Source of the DNA: the human T2T-CHM13v2.0 reference genome, Homo sapiens
DNA length: 64,000 nt
Assembly: GCF_009914755.1 (NCBI RefSeq)
Contig: NC_060945.1
Strand: one strand, 5' to 3'
Position 1 is the stretch's first letter. Every line of letters starts with the position of its first letter. This document shows positions 1 through 13,850 of the stretch, in pieces. The notes under the pieces were generated by a model. It did no database searches, was not told where the DNA came from, and was given only the letters and a program-made list of their open reading frames with translations. Position numbers and translations under genes: made by a program.

Positions 1-3000
1 TTTGCGGGGGAGAGGCGGATTGACTGCCAGCTCTACCACTTCCTGTACCACGAGCAAGCCCCTGGGCTCCCCAAGCTGGCATCCCCGTCCATAAAGAAGG
101 GATAATAAAATCTGCTTTATAGACTGGAATGAGAAGGGAATGAGTGAATGTAAACACTGCCTGGAACACTGCAGAACACGATGAGCATTATTCTTCCCTC
201 AGTTCCTTCCATAAACGTCCTTTTGTGGTGCAAACAGGGAGGCGCCAGACGGGTCTCCAACCCCCACCCCGCCCCCCATCTCCACGAGGTCTGTTGCTTG
301 CTCCTGAGCTGCCCCCGCCCTCTGCCCCTTGCTGTGAACCCCGTTGGAAGCTCCTAGCTGGACTGTGAGTCCTGGTTGAAGCTGAATCGTTTGCCCAAGC
401 CATGTGCCGGGCAAAGCATGATAACTTCTCGCTCACCTCCCAGGCTGCACACCCAGCAGTGCTGTCACGGATGGGTTGCACCGGGCTCAGCTGAGAGCAC
501 TTTCAGTGCCGCTGCCATCAGCCGCCATTCCTTCTCTTAAAGTACCAGGCACTGGGTAAATCCTGGAATTTCCAGCGTGAATCTGTCTCCCTGCCATCCG
601 CCCCATCTCCTCTCCATCAAAGGTCATGGAAACAAACCCATGTTGCTTCCTAGGAGGGAGCCCTGGGGGTCACTGGGTGCAGGAGATAAGGGATGTGTTG
701 CTTTCCGTCACTGTGTTCGTCGGCACCACCTGGCCATGAGTCCTGGCGATGGGCACACCCGCCCCTTCGTTATCTCTGCTCTTTGTCCCTCTGGTTACCT
801 GACCCCTGGCCATCTCAGTTTCCCCCTGAGACCGCAGAGACGGGGAGGAAGGAGGGAACATTAGAAACTGGGGGTTCTGCCGAGTTCTGTGCTCCGGCAA
901 AGCTCCAGGTTGACAATCTGAAGTTGTCTGAGGGAGGCCCCGGGCAGCAAGTGCCGGTGTCTCCTGGCTTGGCCTTACCTGTGCAGGTAACCCTGCAGAC
1001 ATGCCCAGTGATTCAGAGGAGCCGCTGCAGCCACTTGGCGCCAGGCCAATGCTTTATTTATATGAAGAAAACTCCAGACACGCACAGGTGTCACATCACC
1101 AGAGTGACACAGTGGGAGTCAGCAACAGGAATTTGGGGGATTGTCTTCCCTCCTCAGGAGCTTTTCCTTCAGAGGTTGTGCAGAGGAAGCTGGGCGTGTG
1201 AAGTGAGTCGGAGGTTGCCTCCTGAGCCCTACACGAAGGCAGGACTCTGTGCCCTGGAGTCCAACTGAGGCTCCGTTTTCAGTGCTCCCCTCTCATCTCG
1301 AGAACCTTGGGTCAGTTACTTCACTCTGTGCCCCTGTGCTGCTGTGCTAATAATTAAATGGGATAAGGCAGATTGCCTGGTCAATGAGCCCGCCGTGTTT
1401 ATTGAGCATCTACTATGTGCTGAGTGCTGGGGTCCATGGGAAGCTGAGTGCTGGCGGAATGGGAAGGCAACTACAAATGATAAACAGCAGCAGACGTTGC
1501 AGGCTGGGTGGGCCAGCCCCGTGTGGGGCCTGATGAACAGGTTTTTTTCCCTGACGATCGGCTTTGCAGGCTTTGTGGGCTTTGTGGGGAAGGAGCCCTT
1601 TGTGCAGAACTGGTAGCCATGAGGATGGCCTGGTGAGAAGCTGCTGAAGGGCTGGGGACAGCCTCCACCCAGCCAGCAGCATCTGCACCGGCCTGTTCCC
1701 GTCATCTGTTCCTTGGCTTGCCAGGGTGCACAGATCAGGACTTGGCACTTCCCCAGCACCAGGTGAAGCCCTCCTGTCACCCCCAACCCCGTGTCTAGAC
1801 CCTCAGGTGGGCTGTTAAAGAAGGGGAGAGGTGGAAGCCAGGTCCCCAAACCTAGGGTGCTGAGGTCCTTGCTTCAGAGAGACTGTGTCCTCTAGGAGCT
1901 GAAGCGCTTCGTCTTTCCCCAGAGGATTCGTTTTTTCCTTTCCTCAGCTGCCCCTACCCTGGGGGGCCCTGGCTGCAGCACCTGCTCCTTTCTCTTGCCT
2001 ATGGAGAAAGGGTTTGCTCAGCTGAGCTGCCCATGGAGTGACAGGGACGACGCACTCAGCACTGGGGAGCTGGAGGGGGTCCCACCTGGTGGCACATCCA
2101 GGCTTGGGTTTGCCAATCTTCCGAATCGGGGAAGAGAGAGGCCTTTGGGACCCCTGGGCCAGGCTGTGGGCTCGGGTGTGGTGAGGAGCCACATCTGGGC
2201 AAGACTGAATGCTCCGGGGCCTCTGTGGTGCCACTGCCCTGACCTGGCGGCCCCCTCGGGACACTCGCACTGTGCGCGGCCTCCCTGGCGCCTCTGGGCT
2301 GTGGTGTTCTGGTCTTGGCCTTGCTCTGCAGCTGGAACCCAGGTCTGAACACATCGGTGGCCGCTTGAGTTTGCGGGGCTGTTTCTACTGTAAACCAGAG
2401 CAGTGAATGCGCACAGCCCAAAGGGAGGAGCCGCGCTAGAAAGTGTTCAAGCGTCCGCAGAAGTCGGCTCCCAGTTCTTAATAGTTTGCCACCCACCGTG
2501 GCTACGCCACACCTACGCTTGCCTCCACCCGACCTATGCCTGCCCCCTTCACATGCGGGAGCCCAGGGCTCCGTGCCCTGGGCAGCTGGTGGGGTCTGCC
2601 CAGGCCTTCTCGTGATGCTTCCACCCAGCCTGGTCCTGGCACCCAAGGCCAACCTCTGCGGGCCCCAGAGCTGTGCCTTTTTGGCTCAGGTCCTCCCCGC
2701 AGTGCTTGGAGTCCAGGCCTCTGCACCCTGCTGGGGTGGTCTGTGGTCCTGGCCCAAGGGAATGTCGCTCCCTGCTGCCTGGTTCTACTGATCTGTCCTG
2801 TTCAGGCCCCTCTGCCTTCATTTCTTGCTTTGGCACAAGCATGAGCTGCTGTTTCCCCCAGCTCCTCAGGGGAGAGGAGTGCACTGCCCCAACCTTGTCT
2901 GGTGTGGTTAGCATGGTGGGGCCTTAAGCCCTACCCGGCTCCTGCGTGCCTTTCCCCTCTCCTGCCCACGACATGGTCAAATGCAAACCTCCTTTCATTT

Positions 3001-4949
3001 TAGAAGGCATGGGCTGCTCAGCCCACACGCGCAGTGCCCTTTCCTGTGGCTGCAGGCATCTCTGCTCAATTGTGCAGGGCTGCGTCCCCCGGCCACACTG
3101 ACTCCTCTCCAGGTTTCTCGGCTCCAGCACCACTGTCTGCGCCCTCCTTCCCAGGTGGACGGCGGCTCTCCTCGCCATCCTCTCCACTTCCAGCCTATCA
3201 TCTGTCTGCCTGTTACATGTTTGTAACTTTTGACCTTTAAATTGGTATAAAAATGGTACTGTAAGTTCACTGAACCAAGAAAATCTGCTGAAGGAAGGGG
3301 GTCAGTCACACCCTTTTGGGGTTTCCAGTGTATGAATGGAGGGGGTGGCGGTGGTGGAGGGACAGGGAGCAATGAGAGTTGCCAGCCTTATTGCTGTCCT
3401 GACCCCTGGCTGGGGACGACTCCCCTGTCTCCACCTGAATTGAAGCTGGGCTGTGAAAAGTAGTAAGAACCCTCGGTTTTTGGTTCCTTTTTCAACCAGC
3501 AATCAGCCATGAAGTGCCTGACCACTTGAGAGCTACAGCAGGTGCTGTCTCGGAGAGGGCACAGGAAACTGGGCCCTTCCCAATTTTAGCCCAAGGGTGC
3601 CGAAAAGTCAGGGAGCTGCTGGCCTCCACACTCCTTCCCATTGGTGTGGTCCGAATTCCCCTTTAGCCAGACATTTCCAATGTCCAGAGGCCCAGGAGGG
3701 GACAGCTGGAAGCCAGAAGCCCACCTGACGCCATCAGGAATTTCCATGAATGACCTGGAAACCTCTCAGACTAAACCAATGCCGCCCAATCTGGGAATCC
3801 AGGAGGGCTGGTCCCATAGAGTGGTGGGGACATGGTGCTGAGACGGACAGCCTCGCCTCATCCGCCTTTCCCACTTGCCAGCCGGGAGGCCTGGGCAAAA
3901 TCACTTTCTCCCCAGGGAAGTGGAGGCTCACTGTGCAGTCCACGCGGAGCAATGGGGTGAAGTTTCCAGAGCAGGGCAGGGCATGTGGGGAGGCTCAGGA
4001 ATGCCACCCTTGCCCTCAGGCCTGGGCACAGCATAGCCCCCATGACGCTTCTCTCATCCTGGACCCATCAGCCCGGAAGACTCTGGAAGCAGCAGTGGCA
4101 GCACCTTCCTGTCACTTGTCTTGTCACTCCCCGAGTCCACTGTGAGCTAGAACCACAGGCTCCCATGAAGAAGGAGCCAGAACCACAGGCCCCATGAGCC
4201 CAGGTCCCACAGCCCGCACCTTCGTCTTCCAGCCAGCCTCTCCGGAGCTCAGTGTGGGTGGAGGGGCTGTCTGGCCTCAGAAATGGGCAAAAGACAGCTC
4301 TCGTTGTCAGCGAGGTAAATCTAGCGCAGAGGAAGGGCACACTGTCCCCGTCAGACGCCTCAGATGAACTGACATGCAAATGAGAGATGAAACGGGGACG
4401 AGCCGGGCAGCTGATCTCAGTGCAGCAACTGGGACACCTCGGGGCATAAGCCGGGCAGGGAGGCGGCAGGAACTGGGCCCCAGGGGGCCAAGACTTCCTG
4501 AGAGGCTGGGCCCGGTAGCCCAGTCCTGGGCTTGCTTCCCAGGGGGTGGTGGGCAACCCTGAACCCTCTCTCACCCAATCACCTGCTCCCCTGGGTGCAG
4601 GTGACCCAGCAAGCCGCACTCCTGGGAAATTTCAGAAGGTTTTGGGCAAGAAGGGCCCAGAGAGCCCCCAGAGACCAGACAGCACAGCCCGATAGCTGGG
4701 CCTGCCCCAGACAAAGCGTGTCTGCACTCCTTGGCTTTCTCCCCAGACAAACCCACCCTGAGCTCAGGATCCCTCCAGCTTCCAGGAGCAGGTGCGGGGC
4801 CTGCAGGGACGGCTCGCAGAGAAGGCAGTTTGCGAGTCAGTGCCTGGCTTGTGGAGGTTGAGACCAAGGCCAGTTGGGTGCTTGCATTTCCAGGGGTCCA
4901 AATATTTTTGAGAAGAAAATGTTCTAAGAAAGTGCACAGGGTGGTGGAT

Positions 4950-5095
4950 GAAAGACCACGCTCTGGGTACCGTGTACACCGCTCGGGTGACAGTGCACCA
5001 GAATCTCAGAAATCACCACTAAAGAACTTACCCATGTAACCAAACACCACCCCTTCCCCAAACACTATTGGAATTAAAAAAAAAAAAAAAGATTA
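4950..5095 (+). mobile_element. L1 3' end fragment (L1PB/L1MA-like) with A tail
   Basis: gggtaccgtgtacaccgctcgggtgac...aatctcagaaatcaccactaaagaacttacccatgtaacc followed by poly(A). Confidence 0.7.
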
Positions 5096-5413
5096 AAATG
5101 GTTAAAAATAGAAAGTGCACAAGCAAGGGTCCATCTGCAGGAGTTGGAGGAGCGCATGCCTGTATTCCTGGCACTGCGGGCACAGTCATGCCATGGGCAC
5201 CAGGGACGCCCAGTGCACTCAGCCACCCAGGGGTGGCTCCCAACATTTTCAAGCTCAAAAAGAAATATTTTCACTTGAGGGTGCAACTTATTTGTCTTGA
5301 ACCCATCCCTGACTGCCTGTCTCCCCCCTCACCCTGACCACATCTCCCCAAATCCCGAAGCTGGTCACGCAACGGGAGCATTGGCCCTGAACAGAAACCC
5401 GCAGTACCCCTGA

Positions 5414-5778
<365 letters not shown>

Positions 5779-5792
5779 TTTTTTTTTTTTTT

Positions 5793-6090
5793 AATTTTAA
5801 ATTGTGGTAAAATATATGAACAATAAACCCTCCCTCCCCATCCCCCTCCCCCAGCCCCTGACCCCCACTGTACATTCCGCTTTCTATCTCCATGAAACTG
5901 CTGAGTGCGGGGACCTCACAGAAGTGGAATCACACAGGATCGCCCTGCTGTGCCTGGCCTCCTTCACTCGGATCATGCCCTCAGGTGCATCCATGTTGTA
6001 GCACGTGTCCGAATTTCCTGCCTTTTTAAGGCCGAGCGGTATTCCATTGTGTGCGTGGACCACATTTTGTGTTTCCATTCAAAACGGATG
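5793..6090 (-). mobile_element. Old L1M 3' UTR fragment
   Basis: agtggaatcacacag...catccatgttgtagca...tttttaaggc..g..tattccattgtgtg is typical antisense L1M sequence. Confidence 0.7.
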
Positions 6091-6429
6091 AATCGATGAA
6101 ACTGCCTGATATTTTTAAAGCCTCAGTCATTTTCATTCTTAGTTCTTCAGTTTGCAAAGGGCCGGCCTGTTGTGATGGGTTTATTGTTGCATCTTCTGAA
6201 AAACTTTGTGAGTTCCCGAAGGCCTCTCCACGTCTTGAGTCATGGCTGTGCTGCTTTGCGAAGCTGTGTGCATGTCTGTGGTGTAGCCTGTGTACAGCCT
6301 GTGATGCGTCGCAGCGGAAGGGTAGGGGGCTGCCCAGGGAAGACAGATGCGCCAGGTTCCGCTCCACGGAGCTCAGCTACCAGCCCTGGTGGAGAGCGCA
6401 GATGGGGCCGATTTGTCATTTGTCTGCGC

Positions 6430-6590
6430 TTGAGCCCAGCAGCTGTGTGGCCTCCCTGGGGCAAGTCATTCACCCTCTCTGTGCCTCAGTGTCTCTGTGA
6501 AGTGGGGGGAAGTTTTTGGAAGATTAAGTGGGCTAATACGCGTCAAATGCTAGAACACACTGGCACTTGGTAAATGCTATATAAGTGTTA
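6430..6590 (+). mobile_element. MIR fragment
   Basis: gctgtgtggcc...gggcaagtcattcaccctctctgtgcctcagt core motif. Confidence 0.65.
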
Positions 6591-6892
6591 TCATTTTTGT
6601 TTGTTTATTATTTATTTATCCATGTCATGGATTTAAGGCAGTCTAATCTCAGTGCCTGGTGGAGACCCGGGCGCCACCCCCCCAGGTTGTCAAGTGGTCC
6701 CTGTGCCTCCCACTATCGTCCCCAGCACGGTGCCGTGTCCGGGCGTGCGTGAAGGGCCAGCTCACCTCACAGCTCTGCTTCCCAGGTTAGCTCCCATCCA
6801 CCCTCCCCCTACCTGTTTCCTCACCGAAGGAAGGGGCAGAAAGATGCCCTCCATGCCCCTTCCGACTGTTGCAGAGGGATGGAGGACTATGG

Positions 6893-7801
6893 TACATACA
6901 CACATATACACGCACACACCCACCACACACACACACCATGCACATGCACATCACACACACGCACACACCATGCACACACACCACACACGTACACACCATG
7001 CACATCACACACAAGCACACCACACACACCAAGCACACGCACATCATACACATGCACACACACCACACACACCACACACCACACACACGCACATCCCACA
7101 CCATGCACACACACACCACGCACACGCACTGCACACACATGCACACACCATGCACACGCACATCACACACTTGTACACACCAGGCACATCACACACAAGA
7201 ACGCACACCACACACAAGGACACACACCACACACACACACCAAGCACACACACACCACACACACGCACACACACGCACACACCCACCACACACCACACAC
7301 ATGCACATCACACACGTACACACCACACACAGCACACACAAAAACACACCACACACACCATGCACATGCACATCACACACATGCACACCACGCACACGCA
7401 CATCACATGCACACGCCACGCGCCTCACACACAAGAACACACACCACACACACGCACACCACACACACGCACATATCACACACATGCACATCACATACAT
7501 GCACACACCACACTTACACACATGCACATCACACACAAGAATGCACACCACATACACGCACATCACACACATGCACACACCACACATGCACATCACACAC
7601 CTGCATATACATCACACACACATCACACACATCCACATGCACCACACCCACCACACACATGCACGCACCTACCACACATGCATATCACACACATGCACAC
7701 ACACCACACACAAGCACATCACAAACACCACACAGGCACATCACACACATACATACACACCGCGCACACATCACACACATGCACACACACCACACACGCA
7801 C
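6893..7801. repeat. Complex CA-rich low-complexity repeat (~0.9 kb)
   Basis: Degenerate cacacaccatgcacatgcacatcacacac units; this gives the His/Thr and Val/Cys ORFs. Confidence 0.95.
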
Positions 7802-9340
7802 AGTATGAAGATGACAGAGAAGTCAGCAGAGCCCCTGGGGGTTTCAGGAGTTGAGTGGGGACGAGGCAGGTGGCCACACAGCTCGGAGGGAGGGCAGAAG
7901 GCACCCGTCTTCGCAGAGTCACAGTGGGGCTTGCCTCCTATACGTGCCGGAAGGGTGAAGCCCCTTATCTCATTGCCCGATGTGATGAGGTTTGAAGTGG
8001 TTGAGCTTGGAGGGTATGGGCTGAGCCCACAGCAGACAGGCCTGGCAGTGCCCCCCGTCTTCCCACCCTGCGGTCATGCAGCCCGACTCTTGGGGGCGGG
8101 GTGCCACCGTGATGTGCCGTCACTTGCAGCAGTATGTCCTCATGCCAGGCTGAGACCAGCACTGTGTGACCAGCCTGCCCCATGTCCCTCAGCGCTGTGT
8201 CACACTCCACACTGAGGCCCCACTGAAGCATGCCAGGCCCCATCCTATTTCTTCCAGGTAGTCGTCTGCCCAGCACCTCCCCTCCCAGGCCTTGCCCTAA
8301 AGCCCAGGCCTCTCAGCATCCAGGACTCTGGAATCTCCCAGGTGTTGATGGCTGAGGTCATCAGCTGGATGCCAGGACACCCAGGATGCTCCAGGTCCTT
8401 GCTGGGGTCTGGAGTTTGTGATTCAGCCTCAGTCCCTGTGGTGAGTCCACCATGTGTCCTCAGACAATGGATCAGAGAGCCCCCAGAGGACGGCCCGGGG
8501 CCGAGTCGGGTCCAGATGCCAAAGGGGCTTCTCGAGGCATCTCCAGCTCCCACCTGCCCCTCGGAGTGCCAGGCTTGGCTTCTGGAAGAGAAAGCTGGGG
8601 GTTTAGTGACTCCAGCCAACTGCTGTGAGCCCAAGGCATCAAACTAAAAATAGCGAGGCCAAGAGGGAGTCTTTGTGTTCGGCTCAGTGGGCAATGGTGC
8701 CTCACCTCGCAGCATGACACAGGGCTGATGACACGGGGCACGTTGGTCACAAAGTGCCAGTCTCAGCCTGGCACAGGGACGTGCCACCTGCAGGTGATGA
8801 CACATCACAGTGGCAGCCGCTCCTGATGGTGCTGCTGCATTGAGTAGGAGCCCAGATCCAGGGAGACAGTTGCAGCAGATGAGGCAGGAGGCCAGCGAGG
8901 GGTTCTACCTGCTTTCCGGGCTGGCCTCTGCATGGACACAAAGCAGAAAGGGCATAAAGGTGACCCTGGCCACCAAAGCAGACCTGGAGCAAACTGGACC
9001 AGCGCAAGGCCCCGGTGCCAGCACTCAGAGACATTTCTTTTCTGGCAGGAAATTTGTGCTTCATTTTCTAATGAAATTCCAAGGCAATCAAAAGGCAAGG
9101 AAAGAGGAGGGAAAGGAAGGGAGGGAGGGAGGGGGTTCCATTCCCATCCGAATGGAAGCCCCCAAGGCTTCTGTAGCTCCCCCCATCACCAACTTCACTC
9201 ACCACTCTTATCTGATGCCTCCTATTTGGGTACACACGGCCGGGTCGGCCTTGCGAGAGACTCAGTTTCCTCTCGACTTCCGCCCGCCTGCACTGTCACC
9301 ACGTCCTGCCATTGACCTCTGTTCATCCACTCATGGTCAC

Positions 9341-9800
9341 TGCTGTGAGTTGAATTGTGTCTCCCAAAAAAGTGGATTTCTGTGCTAACCTGTGAATGTC
9401 CCGTTAGTTGGAAATAGGGTATTTGCAGACATAATCACATCAAGATGAGGTCATACTGCATTGGGATGGGCCTCAAGCCCATATGCCCGCCATCCTTCTA
9501 AGGAGAGGGAAAGGCAGACACACATTTGTCCATGGAAATGAGAACGGAAGACGTAGAGACAGAATCAGGCCATGTAAAGACAGACTCAGAGACCAGAGTG
9601 ATGCATGTACAAGCCAGGCTCTGCGGGCAGCCCCTAGAAGCTGGAAGAGGCAAGCCTCCTCCCTGGAGTCCTGGGAAGGAGCCAGCCCCGCCCATGCCTC
9701 GAGCTCAGGCTTCAGGCCTCCGGAGCCAAGAGAGATAAACCTCTGTGGTTTCATGTCACCCAGTTTGTGGTCTTTGTTATAGCAGCCCCAGGACACTCAG
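9341..9800 (+). mobile_element. MLT1-type (ERVL-MaLR) solo LTR
   Basis: tgctgtgagttgaattgtgtctccc ... ggaaatagggtatttgcaga ... agaagctggaagaggcaag ... tttgtggtctttgttatagcagcc. Confidence 0.85.
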
Positions 9801-10557
9801 GGGGTTGCCTTGTCCACCCCCATCCTGGCCCTCTGAGGGACTGGTTGGCTCTTAGAAGACCGTTCAACCTGCCCTCTGGTCCTCCTCCCCCACCCAGAGA
9901 CCCCTGGCTACACCCTGCCCAAGGGAGCTCACCAAAGCCCACAGGGTCCCTGTGATCTTGTCACCTGGGCTCCCACAGGCCAGCAGTGTTGGAACCTGGA
10001 CATCTGGCTCCAGCCTTGGTGGCCACCCCCGACCTTGCTCTGCTCCTACAGCTCCCGGCCTTCCCTGCCCTGGCCGGCCCTTGCTGAATGTCCCCGCTCC
10101 TAGGAAGCCGGATGTGTCGCGTGCAGGTGCCTCTCTGCACTGTAATAACTCCTCACCAGGCACCCTTGGAGCCCAGGATCAAGTCACTCACCTTCCAACC
10201 CTGCCCCTGCCCAGAGACTGGCACGAGAACCAGTAACAGTTGTTGAATAATGAACAATGGATGCATGCAGCTCACCCGTGAGAGGGCGTTGCTCGGCTGG
10301 GCCAGGGATGAAGCTTCTCCCGCGTGGCTCCACCGTCTATCCCTCAAGCTCCTGATGCTCCCCTGGGCACCTCTGCGCCATGAGGCCCCGTTGAAGTCAG
10401 TTGGGGAGGCAGTGTGGACCGTGAGAAGGGAGTCCTAAGCACAGGAAACGCTGCCTTCCTGGGGCCCTAAAGAACAGGCTCACCTTCCCCAAGGGCCTTC
10501 AGGCCCTGACATCTAAAAAGATGTTCTTTATCAAAGGGGAAAGCAGCCCTGGGGTGG

Positions 10558-10666
10558 GGGCGTGGCCACCAGTGCAGTGGGCGTGGCCACAACCGAGAGG
10601 GCGTGGTCATTCGTGCAGTGGGCGTGGTCATCAAGAAAGGGCGTGGCTGCAGCCGGAAGGGCGTGG
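10558..10666 (+). promoter_or_regulatory. Array of six GGGCGTGG (KLF/SP-type) motifs with a 19-21 bp period
   Basis: Motif starts at 10558, 10579, 10599, 10620, 10639 and 10659. The array is seen directly; function is inferred. Confidence 0.5.
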
Positions 10667-10949
10667 CTATCAGCTCCAGAAGGCCCTTCTTGCTGTCCTT
10701 GGACTTGGGTTCTCCTTGTCGACGAGGATCTCAGCTGGAGCTGCCAGGGGCAGGGCTGGCACCAAAGCACTTCTGAAGTCTCCCCGCCTCCCAAGTGTGA
10801 GGCTGTGGGGAAGGAGGGAGGGCAGCTGGCTTGTTTCTGGATGAGCCCATCTGACTCAGCAGCTGGGACCCAGCAGGAGCGCAGAGCAGGTCCTGAAGGT
10901 GCCGAGGCCCCACCCGCAGCTCCGTCTCAGCTTTGTGAGGGCTGCACTC

Positions 10950-11262
10950 CCCCGTGTGCATCCGGCGTCACAAAGGACCACAGGCCCGGCGGCCTCCACA
11001 GCAGACACCAAGGCCCTCGCGGTCTGAAGGCCGAATTCCCAGGTCAGGCTGCAGCAGGGCTGGTTCCTGAGGCCTCTCCTGGGCTGGCACCTCCTCCCCG
11101 TGTCCATGCAGGGCCGAGCCTCTGCATGTCTGTGTCCTCGGCGCCTCGTTTTACAAGGACATCTCATTTTAAAGGCCCGGTCTCCAAATAAGGTCATATC
11201 GTGAAGTGCTGGGGTCAGAACTACAGCATGAATTTTGACGGGACACAGTTCAGTCCATAGCA
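10950..11262 (-). mobile_element. MLT1-type solo LTR
   Basis: Reverse orientation: tctccaaataaggtcata...gaattttgacgggacacagttcagtccatagca. Confidence 0.8.
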
Positions 11263-13551
11263 CCCGCTTTGGGAAGTGGGAATGACCTCTCCCTTCCCCA
11301 TCTTCTGGCCTTTGTAACCCTAATGTGGGAAAGCAGGAGGGATCCAGAACGACATTGGGTCACCAAAGAGAGCATCGCAGCCCAAAAGGTTGAAAGGCGG
11401 CACCAAGGTCCCGCGCCTGGTGACCGCCGACTCGCCCTCCCGGGCTCCAGGCTGTCCCCACTCCCCCCCGCCCCAACCCCAGCATGTTGAGGCGCCTGGT
11501 CCCAACTGCCCATTCACTCCCTGTACACAGACTGCTTCTTTGTCCTCCAGCCAGGGGTGAAGGGCCATGCTGGCGAAACAGCAAACAACCCCAACATGCT
11601 TTGCAGCCTGGCCAACCACATGACCAGTTTGAGGAGGTTGGCTGGAGATCACAATGAGGAAGTTGGATGAGGGGGTCCAACTTCTAGCAGCCCATAAGCC
11701 TATCCATTCAGACACCAAATCCATGGAAAACAGAGAGACAATATACTGATTTTCAAAAGGGAGACATACCCCAGCAAGTACAGACCAGGGAACAGGGTGC
11801 TGACGTGGCCACAGTTCTTAAACTACTCGACTTCATGGATGGGGCACAGTTTTTTTTAAAGGAGGATTTAGAATTCTATTTGGCAGGTGGCATGAAAAAG
11901 AGTTTTGAATAGAAACACACCCCTCCCTCCCAGTTGCCTGCCCAGTATGTTTGTTTTGTTCTCTTGAAACAAAGGAAGAGAGTGGTGAGGAGGGAGGGAA
12001 GATGAACCAGGAAGAATGAAAGCACTTGGCCTGCTTCTCAGATGGTCTTGGACTGTCTCCGCTCACAGGAGTTGCAGGTTTTTGGGTTTTATGCAAGTTC
12101 GGATCACAACAGGCCTCTTGCAAGAACCAGGCATTACCTTTATTCCAAAAGCCTTGCTGGGCCTTCTTGAAAGGACTGGCAGCCACCACTTCCCTAGAAA
12201 CCCGTGGCAAGTTCCCTCCTCCCGACCCCCTGCTGTTTGGTCCAGGACCCCCTGCAGTCCTGACTGGGACCCACTTGGCCCTTCTCAAGGGACCCAGCAC
12301 AGGACGTGTGTTTCTGCTTTGATGAACCGCCCTTTCCCCCCTGCAGTTCTAGTGGAATCTCCCCTCCCTTATCCCATTCCCACTTGGAAATGATGATGAT
12401 GGAATGGGCGATGCCGGCTTACCAAGACATCCAAGCTCTCTGGGTCGAAGTTGGAGAGAGGGGTGCACAAAAAGGATTCCACTCCTGTCTGCCTTCCCCT
12501 GCCTCCCCGCTGGGGTGTCCCTTTCCCATGGTTTCCTCTAAATCTTTTCACCCATGTCCAGCCACACCATTCTCACATACTGCCTTGAAACTGGGCTCGA
12601 AGGGGCTGCGTGCTGAGAGAAGGTCCTCTCCCCCAGTGATCCTCCAGAGGGGCTGCCGCCTGGGTCCCCCGAGCACCTCCTACCCCACCCTCCCCATTCC
12701 TGCCATCCCCAGGGTCCAGGGAGCCCAGATTCCAGGGAAGGGTTGCATTAGCTCCCACTCGGAGTCCTGATGCAGCAGAGACAGACAGAGGCCCTGGGAG
12801 AAGTGAGCATGAATTATTAAGACAAGACAAGGGTGAGGCCCCAGAGAGGGGGTGGCGGAAGGGTCATGTTCATGCAGCGAGAGTTGCTTCGAGCTTGAAC
12901 CGCGTATCCAGGAGTCAAGCAGATTGCAACTGGCGAGAGGCCTTCAGAAATGCCCCGTGAGAGTCCTGTGTGCAGAGCTCCATCTCAGCACACTTCCTGT
13001 TCTTTTGGTTCGTCGATTTTTGCATTTTCAGTCCCCTGTGATCCATTATTTATAACAGTGGAGATTGGCCTCAGACACTAGCAGTGAGGAAAACAAAAGC
13101 GAAGCTACGCAGAAAAATGACAAGAGTGATGAGCACAGCAGTCATGACAAATGAGCCCTGTGCGGAGGCCCGGGATCCGCGCAGATGCCGGCGCGGGGGA
13201 AATGGGCCCTGAAATCCCACCGTCAGGCCAGGCAGCTCTGAGCGTGACCTGGAGGGCTGTTCAGACGGTCTGGGTAGCCGTGTCCTGCGCATGAACATCC
13301 TCCGTCGGGAGAGGAATTCCCCACGGATTATCAGAGCTGCTCCCTCCACCCCCCGCCACGTCCCACGCGGGCCACATCAACTCCCTCTGCAGCCTCTGGC
13401 CAGCGGCTGAGCCCTCCGTGTCTCCCCTCGTTAATGCCTCCTTCACCATCCCCTCCTGAAGTTTCCCCCATTGCATACACGCGCTGAGGCCCACCCGGTA
13501 TCAAGGACTCCCATTGCTTGCGAAAAAGATTCCACCCCTCTTAGAACAGAG

Positions 13552-13850
13552 ACCAGGGCCGCTGTAGCAAATGGCCATAAATGCCACAGCTTAAAACAAC
13601 AGAAACGGATTATCTCGCAGCTCTGGAGGATGGAGTCCAAAATCTGAATCGCTGGGCTGAAATCCAGGTGTGGGCAGGGCCGCGCTCCCTCTAGAGGCTC
13701 CCCCGGAGATTCCCTTCCTTGCCTCTTCCAGCTGCTGGTGGCTGCCAGCAGTTTGGGAATTGCGGCCGCATCACACCACCTTTCTGTTTGTTGTTGACAT
13801 CCCCGCCTCCCCTGCCTGCGGGGTCTTAGATGTCTCTCTCCTTCCCACTG
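13552..13850 (-). mobile_element. MLT1-type LTR fragment
   Basis: gggccgctgtagcaaat...gcttaaaacaacagaaa...ctctggagg..ggagtccaaaatc...cttgcctcttccagct. Confidence 0.8.

Noticed and set aside
975-992. cag|gtaacc as a recursive splice site (also ttccag|gtagtc at ~8256)
   Set aside because: The first has a weak pyrimidine tract and the second a weak donor; such matches are expected by chance in a 30-kb intron.
6652-8215. 300-450-aa His/Thr-rich ORFs (also 14436-15305)
   Set aside because: They are open in several frames only because CA-rich repeats lack stop codons; no splice or homology support.
8810-9388. 192-aa ORF and other 150-220-aa ORFs in GC-rich intron
   Set aside because: No recognisable domain, composition typical of random GC-rich frames, and several run into repeats.
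10558-10666. CRISPR-like pattern of constant repeat plus variable spacer
   Set aside because: The repeat is only 8 bp with ~12-bp spacers, the DNA is human and there are no cas genes; it is better explained as a decayed tandem repeat or motif array.
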